A DNA stretch of 63,069 nucleotides, counting the filler, from Stramenopiles sp. TOSAG23-3 (Eukaryota): NCBI GenBank assembly GCA_900128585.1. It is 8 parts of 8 records of this genome, joined end to end, with 100 filler letters (N's around TTAATTAATTAA, not from the genome) between each part and the next. Parts side by side here need not be neighbours in the genome. Positions count along the whole stretch, not along the records: positions 55,312 to 63,069 come from LT643103.1; 7 more parts are not named here. One strand, written 5' to 3'. This document shows, piece after piece, positions 55,312 to 63,069 of the stretch. The position numbers and the translations under genes are program-made. Under the pieces are notes generated by a model that searched no databases, had not been told where the DNA came from, and saw only the letters and a program-made list of their open reading frames with translations. Within the stretch, counting starts at the first letter, position 1. Every line of letters starts with the position of its first letter.

Positions 55312-58300
55312 GATTTCCATGTTGTGAAGCTCATCTTTTAAGTTGTTGATGTCGCTGCGGGCCTGTTCTCGCTCTACGACAAGTTTATTGATTTCCTCTT
55401 TCAACGTTCTTACGTAGTTGCCATGTTCAACTTTTAACGTTTGCTCCTTTTTAAAACAATTATCTATTTGTGTCTTTGCATTTTCGTACATTTCATTTGC
55501 TTTCGAATTTAACTCCTCATTTTTCTGCGACTTAGTCTGCCATTCCATCAGTGATTGTTGGGTCTTTTTTACTTTTAAGTCCAACTCAATAATTGTGTTT
55601 CTCAATATGTTTTTCTCTTCCAGAATGGTTCGTTTCTCTTGAAGTGCGTTCTTTATTTTTTCTTTCAGCTCCAGTCGGGCGTCTTGGTGTTTTTTCTCTA
55701 CCTCTTCGATTTCAAAAACGTGCCGTTCTTTCAAATTCCCGATCTGAGCTTCTTGGTTTATTAAAGCATCCTTGTGTCCCTGCTTCAGCAGTCGCTTGGT
55801 TTCCGCTTCATGCTGAAGTTTGGCATTCATGGCCCCAATAATTTTTCCGTAGGATTTTGCTTGCTCATCAAGACTGTCTTTTCCCGACCGTTCAAGTAAA
55901 GTTTGCTGCTCAAACATATCGTTTTGTGCCGCTTGCAAATCGTCATTTAGCTTATTAACGGTGCTTTCGTAAGACAACGTAATCGATTCAATAGTTTTGG
56001 CGTGCTCTTCCGTCACTTTTTGAATTTCTCTTTTCTTCACTATGTTTGCGGTGGCAAGTTCGTCGTTTAGTTTTCTGACGTCAGCATGGTGCTGAATTTT
56101 TAACTGCTTCATTTTTTCTTCGTATATCTCTTCTTTTTCTTGGAAGAGTTTGTCTTTTTCTAAAATGGCACCCTCTAGCGTTTCAGTTGCACCAGATTTT
56201 ATTTGCGCTTTTTCTATATCGTGCGCATTCTTGGCCTCAAGCAATGCCACATCATGATCTCTTTTCAGATTCTCGACCTGTTCAAAGTACTTTTGTTTCG
56301 ATAGCGCAGATAATGCGTAGTGACGTTTTTTGAACCTTCCCAGGTTGTCTTTGTATGAAGAGACTGTGCTCAGAATGTCGGCCACGTTGTTTTCAGATTG
56401 TTGTAACTCATACCCGTCAGTTAAAACCAATGTGTCCGCATTACGCTGGTTCTGCGACTTATTTTCTTCTACATTTTTGGCAAGGTGTGATTCTAGCTCA
56501 GTTGCCTCGATCAAAAGGGCAGCATGCTGGTCATGAAGCTCATCATGTGTCAAAGAGAGAAATGATTCTCGTTCGTTGCTACCTACAGGAATTGCCATCT
56601 TATCTACCCTACTAACACCCTCCAGCATTTCTATTCGGGCGTCTTCAAGGAGATTGAAATATCCGTCTTTCAATCGCACGTCAATAGGCGTGATTACGTA
56701 CGAACTTTCGGATTTCTCGTGCATGCTTAGCTCGAAATTACTCGAACCTTCATTTTCTGAGATTGCGTGGTCGAAGACATTTTGTTGAACCTGTATGTAT
56801 TCGTTTATTAACTCATTTTTTTGGCACGTTTTTTCAAACTGCATTACGGCTTCATCGTGTAACAAAGTAATAGTCTTCAACATCTCTTTTTGGTGAGCGA
56901 TCATGTCGTTCTGGGCCTCCAAATGATGTTTCAATTCGTCCCGCTCAAATAGCGCCTGGTCCATTTCCAATTTCAATTTTCTCTGCCTCTCTTCAAAATC
57001 TTTGGTCGCATCCATCAGTTTTGTTTCAAGGTCGTTCTTGCGAAAGCTTTTCCCCAACCGTCTTGTAACGCTCAAACGCCGATAGATCACTTGTTTGTTC
57101 TCCTCGTTAAGTTTTTCAAATTTTGAATTAAAATCTTCTTCCATTCGCTGCACTTCAAGCAAATGCTTCCGTTGCTCCTTGCTGGCTTCGTTTAGTAGTG
57201 TGTTTTTCCGTACATTTTCAATTGCATTTTTGTAAGTCAAAGCGTCGGACTCCATTTGCTCCAGCAGCGTTGTGTTGTACTCTTTTGATGTGCGCAGTTC
57301 CGATTGCAGCCGTTCACAGTCTTCATCTTTTAATTCATTTTTTGCAAGCAATTCTTTCTGGACTGATTCAAAAGCTTTTTCTGTGCTCTCATGCTTGGCA
57401 TTCGATTCTTCTTCCTTTGTCTTCAGTTGCTCTTCAAATCCTTCCGTTAACTCTTTTGTTTTTTCAATCATGCAGTTCACCTCAGTGATTTTTACCTCCA
57501 ATTCGGATGCTAGCTGGTCTCTCTCGTGATTTAAAGCTTTTATTTCAGACACTTTGGCAGCCAGGGCAGCATTTGCTTCTTCCTGCTGTTTTTTGCTTTC
57601 ACTTTGGAGGGAATCTATTCTCTCCTGCAGCTCATCGACGTGTCGTTCAAAACGAACAATGTGATCTTCGCTGATCTTTAGTTCACTCTCCAAGTGATTT
57701 TCTGCACGTTGAAATTCCCTTATCTTCTTTTCAAACTGCTCCTTTTCATTTACGTGCATCAGACCAGTTTTATCCACAGTTTGCTTTAACTTATTGATTT
57801 CATCATCTTTTTTTGAAATTTCTTTGTTCACACTGGCAATTTCTTTTTCCATCTGAGTTCGAAAATCATTCAAATGCTGTTCTTGCTGATCCCCGTTGGT
57901 CTTTAACTTGACACGCTCCTCTTTCAACGATGATATTTCGGAATCCCGTTCAGCTATCAACCTTGAGGTTTCGTCCCACTGGACCTTTTGTTCTCGGTCT
58001 TTTTCCTTCTGCAAATCATCCTTTTCCCGCCCAACACCCATTAGCTTCGACGTCAACTCGCTTATCGTTGCTTTGTGGGCTTCAATGATTTCCAAATTTT
58101 TTTCTTTTCCTTCTTTAAACTCTCCTAGTTCATGGGTCAAGGTTTTATTGATCGAGACAGTGTGTTGCAATTCCTCTTCAGTCATCGAGAGCAACTCGGA
58201 AAGTTTCCGTTGGCAATCATCCAGTGCGGCTTTGTGTTTGTTTTCAAGTTTGTTCACGGCATCTTTATTTGCTTCACTCATTTCGTCTCTCAGTCGCATT

Positions 58301-59539
58301 TGTGCAGAATTGTGCGCGCTCCGTAACTCTGCAAGTGTCGTCTGGTGCTCGGCACGCACATTTGCAAACTTGGTAGATCTTTCTACTGCTAATCTGTCTA
58401 ATTCTGCTGCGTGGGATTTACGGGCAATCTCCAGCTCTTCGTTAGCACGGACAATGTCGTCGGACTGCTCACGTTTAAACGACGCCATTTCCTGGACATG
58501 CTTCAATCTCACATCTTCTGCCTCGAGAAGTGAGGTATGTTGCAAGTCTTCGAACTTGGTACTTAAATCATCTAGGGCCTTTATTGCCTCCTCCAGCTCT
58601 TTTTCTTTTTCTTCCAATTGCCTTTTCACAACATCCAAAGCTTTTGAAATTTTTGATTCTCCCCCCCTTGAGTTACTCTTCGCCCCCCCCGAAGTCTTGC
58701 CTGCATTGCTTTCAAAGAGTATTTCGTACTTGTTTTTCCATTGCAAACTCTCCATTTTATTGGTTTCTAGTTCCGCTTTTGTAGACATCAATTCTTTGTT
58801 CAAGCTATCAAACTCGTTGAAGTTGCTGCTTTGCGCCGAAGATAGATCGCCCGTGCTCATCGGACCGGCTTTTGTAGCCTCCATGTTTTCTAATTTAATG
58901 TCTTCATTGGCGTTTAATTCATCCCTCAGCGAAAGCACTTGGCTGTTTTTTTCTCGAAGATCGCTCTGGGCCGCAATTAGTTCCTTTCGACCAGCAACCA
59001 ATTCCTCATTCAAATGGTTGATTTCATCTTGTCTTGCATCAAGCAGCTTCTCCAGATCATTCTCCCCACTTCGCACACCTTCATTGGGCCTTGATTTACT
59101 TTTCGCAGCAATACTTTCCTTGGAAAGGAGTTTCAATTCAGTCTCTTTTGCCGTTAGCGCTGCCTTTATTTCAGACCTCCTCAAGCTGGCCCCGCAGCTG
59201 CTTGTTTTCTTCCCGCGCGACCCGCGCGAGAACCTTCAGCTCCTTTTCCCTCGATTTGTACTGCTCCTCACGATGCACGTACGCCTTTGTCATCATCACG
59301 CTGACCTTTTTCGTCATCGATTCAACCTGCTCCTTCTCTGCCTTTATCTTAAAGTGAGAAATGTAACCGCTCACCACACTCTCTGCAGTGTCGGTCGCCT
59401 TCACTTGGACTTCGTGCGTCTTCCCCGTCCCGGGAACGGGCAGGGACACTACGAACATGTACTTTGAGGACGGTTTCGGGGTAGATGCCCCAGACCGTCT
59501 GCCACTGGCATCGAACGAATTCCCGCGAGATCTGGACAT
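55312..59539 (-). CDS. Giant coiled-coil protein (>1400 aa, 3'-truncated), frameshift near 59171-59190
   Basis: ORF 59171-59539 has the ATG start and ends in heptads. It overlaps the E/K-rich ORF 55312-59184 in the +1 frame. Confidence 0.75.
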
Positions 59540-60439
59540 CTCTTGAGACCTGATGGCGACGGTGGGGGTGACTGTTGTTAGATTGTGCCCAAAACCTTCG
59601 TTGTCGTCGTTGCTGTTAAACCTGTCACAACGTTTGAAATTTTCGTTGGAAAAAAATTGTGTTACTACATCCGCATTTACATACTTTTAAAAAAGATAAT
59701 CTTAGTTTCTTTTCGTGCATACTTAAAATTATACCAGTGGAGATAAATTAAACTATATTATATCATATAAAATGATGATCTCACTAACAAAAATCTCATA
59801 ATTAATAAGTTGGCGCGATTATTGGTATTATACGTAGTACGTGCCTTACCTATTAAATACCAGGTTCGCGTTCGTACCTGGATTATTACAACTATTATAG
59901 TACATTATACCATGGTACAACAGGACAAAGAAAGAACACTCTTCAATTATTATAATCATCTTTGCTTTAATAAACTTCTCTCTTTGCTTTTATATTAAAT
60001 AATATAATTATAGATAGTTATAGTTAGTTATAATGTACAATATCTTCTTCTTCATAATCAGTTCTACTAGTCTATAATATTCTCAGTTATTATTTGGTAT
60101 GATGGATGGTGGAAGAAAGAGGAAGAGCTAAAAAATATTATAAAATTATTCTTCTTCTTTTTCTTCTTCTTCTTCTTTCTTCTTCTTCTAAATATTCTTG
60201 TGATGATTCGTACGTAGATATTTGTTTCAGTGTATTTTCCAGTCTTTTTTTTATTTAAGTAATAATAATTCTTCTGGTATTAATTTATTATTTAAGGATG
60301 AGCAGACCGACTGTTGTAATACTACTGTGTATATATATAATAATAATGATATATTGTACTACCAAATATGTAGAGTAGGATTATTCCTTATATTATTTTT
60401 TCTTCATCATCACGACCAAAAACTAACATGTAATATAGC

Positions 60440-60570
60440 GCTCCACGTACCGTTGACGATTCTCTCTGAAGACGTCCCGCGCGGAAAGGCGAGGAGGGGT
60501 GCAAGCTCCACGTACCGTTGACGATTCTCTCTGAAGACGTCCCGCGCGGAAAGGCGAGGAGGGGTGCAAG
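60440..60570. repeat. Perfect 65-bp tandem duplication
   Basis: gctccacgtaccgttgacg...gaggaggggtgcaa at 60440-60504 and 60505-60569. Confidence 0.95.
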
Positions 60571-60664
60571 GGCCACGAGCAGGCTTGACGCCAACCATTG
60601 GCGCCTTTCACCACCAGCGGCCCTTCTTCCTTTTCGCTTGGCCATACCGGTAGGGTCCCCATCA

Positions 60665-61417
60665 ATGCTACGACTTGCCTTGCCACTGCCTGCAGTGCGC
60701 GCGCTCGTGGCTCTGACACCGTTGCGCTACCCGTCGATCGCGACGGGCAGCACCACAACCCCCTTGCTCGTCACGCGCACCATTTGCACGAGAGGCCGGT
60801 CCAGCATTTTGTTGGCGTCAACTTCACTGCACGCCGCTCAGCAATTTAAATTACAATGCAGCAGCGGCAGGGGCAGACAGTCCCAGCGCCTGTCATCCAG
60901 CCCTGCGTTTTCGTCTTCCTTCGGCAGCACGGAGGATGAAATCCTCCATTTCATGCGGTGGAACCACGAACTGTCACACGGACAACCACCAACCGATCAC
61001 GACATGTTGCACTGGAAGCCGTCGATCCACGCCACTCTGGAGACCAGCCAAAGAGAAGGCAAGCCTGGTGGCTTCATCCATTACATTGCCGGAGGTGAAA
61101 TTATTGCTCCCGCCAACGGTAGCATAATCAGCGAGGACCACGTCCTCATGCTGCAAGTGTCACAGGAGCTGTTGATGAGAGGCGACGACGGCATGGCAGG
61201 GATATTGCAGGCGAATGTGACAAGGGCCGTGGAGTTGGATGGATCGCTCGGGATGGTTTGGATGTTTCTGTGGAATGGGAACCCGGACGCCGAGGCAATG
61301 GGGCGCGCGGCCAAAATGAGGGGCATAACGAAAGAGCTGAAGTTTGCGGTTCAAGTCGAGAACCCCGGGACGCCGGCCGAAGTGGTGACGCTCACGGGAA
61401 TCCATGGTGTGGAGTGA
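60665..61417 (+). CDS. Hypothetical protein with probable mitochondrial presequence
   Basis: MLRLALPLPAVRAL... is an R/S/T/L-rich leader with no acidic residues for about 90 aa, followed by a globular His-containing domain. Confidence 0.65.
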   Translation: MLRLALPLPAVRALVALTPLRYPSIATGSTTTPLLVTRTICTRGRSSILLASTSLHAAQQFKLQCSSGRGRQSQRLSSSPAFSSSFGSTEDEILHFMRWNHELSHGQPPTDHDMLHWKPSIHATLETSQREGKPGGFIHYIAGGEIIAPANGSIISEDHVLMLQVSQELLMRGDDGMAGILQANVTRAVELDGSLGMVWMFLWNGNPDAEAMGRAAKMRGITKELKFAVQVENPGTPAEVVTLTGIHGVE

Positions 61418-61593
61418 GGGGGGCTGGGATAAATAATATTATTCTCTCTTCTTCTTTTATAAAAAAACAAATTAATATATAGTATGCTTCTTCTTTCATT
61501 ACAGCTTCTTCTTGAACAAAAATCGCTTCTTCATTCTAAAAATTTAAGAAGGTTGCATCACTCACTTTCTCTTCCAGCTGACTGCACCATTAT

Positions 61594-62907
61594 CTAAACG
61601 GTGCAACCTTTGTTCACGCAGCCAAAGTAAATGCCAGCGATACCCATCTGTGGTGGGTTGGTGCTCCTGGCTACTCTGAAGTACCCTTCTTCCCCAAAGG
61701 TAGTGTTCCACGAATTTTTCACAATCCAATAGTCGAGTCCTGTTTCTGAATCGGTTTCTGCGCCGATTATAGTGACGGCATGGTCCACCGCAGTGGTCGT
61801 ACAGTTTGAAACGATCCCCCCCTTGTACGCCTTCACACAGCTAGCATCAATGCCAATTTGCCCTGGCCCATACTTTAAAAGTCCAGCCATCATTTCTGTC
61901 GAATCGCCATCACTGCCGATGGCTACAAAAGTGTTGTCTTTAATGACCGCGTTGGAGAACTCCTTCTTCAATTGGCATGGGGGGGTCCCATCGCGCCGTT
62001 CAACACCTGGGCAAGGTGGGCAGGGTCCGTAGGGAGGGTTCGGTGGCAAGTTGCAGTTTGGAGTGTAGCCATCCCTCGTTCCATCCGGGGCCAGGAGTTC
62101 CTCGCGGAAAAAGTTGCACGTTCGGTTGTAAACATACGTCTCTTCCAATTCAATTTGTCCACCGGTCGCTTCGGTTAGCCAGGCAAAAGTCACATCCCCA
62201 GATTGTCCGCAATCTTGGGGAGGCACGCAGGATACGACCATCTGCTCACTCAATTTTTGAAGTTCTTGTTTTCCTTGCACAACCATGGCTCCCTCTGTGG
62301 CGGCAACCATTGAGAACGCCCAGCACGTTCCGAATGGGTGCTGCTGCTGAACGGGTGTGACCGCACCATGTTCTCTCCAGTCAACAGTAGCAGTCTTGGC
62401 ACGCTGCAGTTCACTTTCTGTAAAATGTGTCTTGGTTTTCGATGACATAAGGTCGTCCGAGGGACGGAACCCACCAAGGGCGCGCTTGGCCTCTGCGATG
62501 GAAAAGTCCGAAAATGCGCTTGGGCCGTAACGGGCGCCATGCTTTCCTTCAGCAGCATTTCGTTCTGCATAGTCCTGCAGGTTCTTTTCAAAGTATGACT
62601 TTCGTTGCTCTTTCTCGGCACTGCTCTTGTACGATTTGGAGTGTTTCTCCGCCCACTTCTCGAAATCATAGTCCGTCGACGAGTTCGTGCATTCGTAAAC
62701 TCCAGATGGGAGCTTTCCCGCGTCAGCAATCGTCCAACAGGCGCTGGGAAGAGCCGCACACTTGCACCATGAACAGCCACCCCCAGTAGTTGTATCTGCC
62801 AGGCACGACTTTTCGTCGGTATGCGCCGAGTGGCAGGCGTCTTGCGCCTGTACTGCCGCAGCAGAAAGCACCAAAAGAAGCGTGACCGAAGTCGTCGAGA
62901 ATTTCAT
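61594..62907 (-). CDS. Papain-family (C1A) cysteine protease with I29 propeptide and extra Cys-rich N-terminal module
   Basis: Signal peptide, FEKWAEKHSKSY (I29), VDWRE.GAVTPV, GTCWAFS, DHAV and YWIVKNSW...GEEGYFRV. Confidence 0.94.
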   Translation of the reverse strand: MKFSTTSVTLLLVLSAAAVQAQDACHSAHTDEKSCLADTTTGGGCSWCKCAALPSACWTIADAGKLPSGVYECTNSSTDYDFEKWAEKHSKSYKSSAEKEQRKSYFEKNLQDYAERNAAEGKHGARYGPSAFSDFSIAEAKRALGGFRPSDDLMSSKTKTHFTESELQRAKTATVDWREHGAVTPVQQQHPFGTCWAFSMVAATEGAMVVQGKQELQKLSEQMVVSCVPPQDCGQSGDVTFAWLTEATGGQIELEETYVYNRTCNFFREELLAPDGTRDGYTPNCNLPPNPPYGPCPPCPGVERRDGTPPCQLKKEFSNAVIKDNTFVAIGSDGDSTEMMAGLLKYGPGQIGIDASCVKAYKGGIVSNCTTTAVDHAVTIIGAETDSETGLDYWIVKNSWNTTFGEEGYFRVARSTNPPQMGIAGIYFGCVNKGCTV

Positions 62908-63069
62908 TTCGAAAAGAAAGTCGAGCAAATGTATATTTGTTTGATCTAACGTTCAGTTGTGTGTAACAGATGTACGGTTTGCTATCATTTCACTCTCATT
63001 CTTTCCATTTGCATAAATTCTCCGTACTACTCGTAGAGAAAAAGATAGTAGAAATGATGATATGGTGGA

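Noticed and set aside
57896-59467. Long antisense ORFs (also 1103-2293, 47567-48694, 25393-26214)
   Set aside because: Shadows of E/K-rich or GC-rich genes on the other strand, with no motifs.
1-63069. Alternative genetic code, transposons or endogenous virus
   Set aside because: TAA, TAG and TGA all end conserved genes. No transposase, RT, integrase or capsid motifs were seen.

Overview
Eukaryotic nuclear DNA in the standard genetic code, not one locus. It is eight unrelated contigs of about 7.8 kb, in descending length order, joined by seven artificial 100-nt linkers (N44-TTAATTAATTAA-N44), so gene neighbourhood only means something within a contig. GC-rich, intron-poor genes are separated by very AT-rich spacers full of microsatellites. 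Axonemal genes (CFAP210-like, SHIPPO/PG-repeat), a papain protease, a GH78 rhamnosidase, UNC-45, R2R3-MYB and RPAP1 suggest a heterotrophic flagellate, plausibly an uncultured stramenopile SAG/MAG (inference). The best candidate for a new system is 9757-11394. It encodes a PduL-type phosphotransacylase, a family known from bacterial microcompartments, sitting among eukaryotic genes. It is built as a dead PduL copy, an encapsulation-peptide-like helix and an intact PduL copy, and ends in a PTS1-like -RANL. Other highlights: (1) a ~33-nt motif found in sense orientation downstream of genes on four contigs; (2) unusual domain fusions (RING + pseudo-trypsin + ARM; acylated EF-hand + IQ + WW; F-box + TMEM185-like; signal peptide + WW); (3) tandem secreted paralogues with S-phi-X-E sites; (4) an atypical tRNA-CAT; (5) a spliced TMEM230 gene missing from the ORF track.
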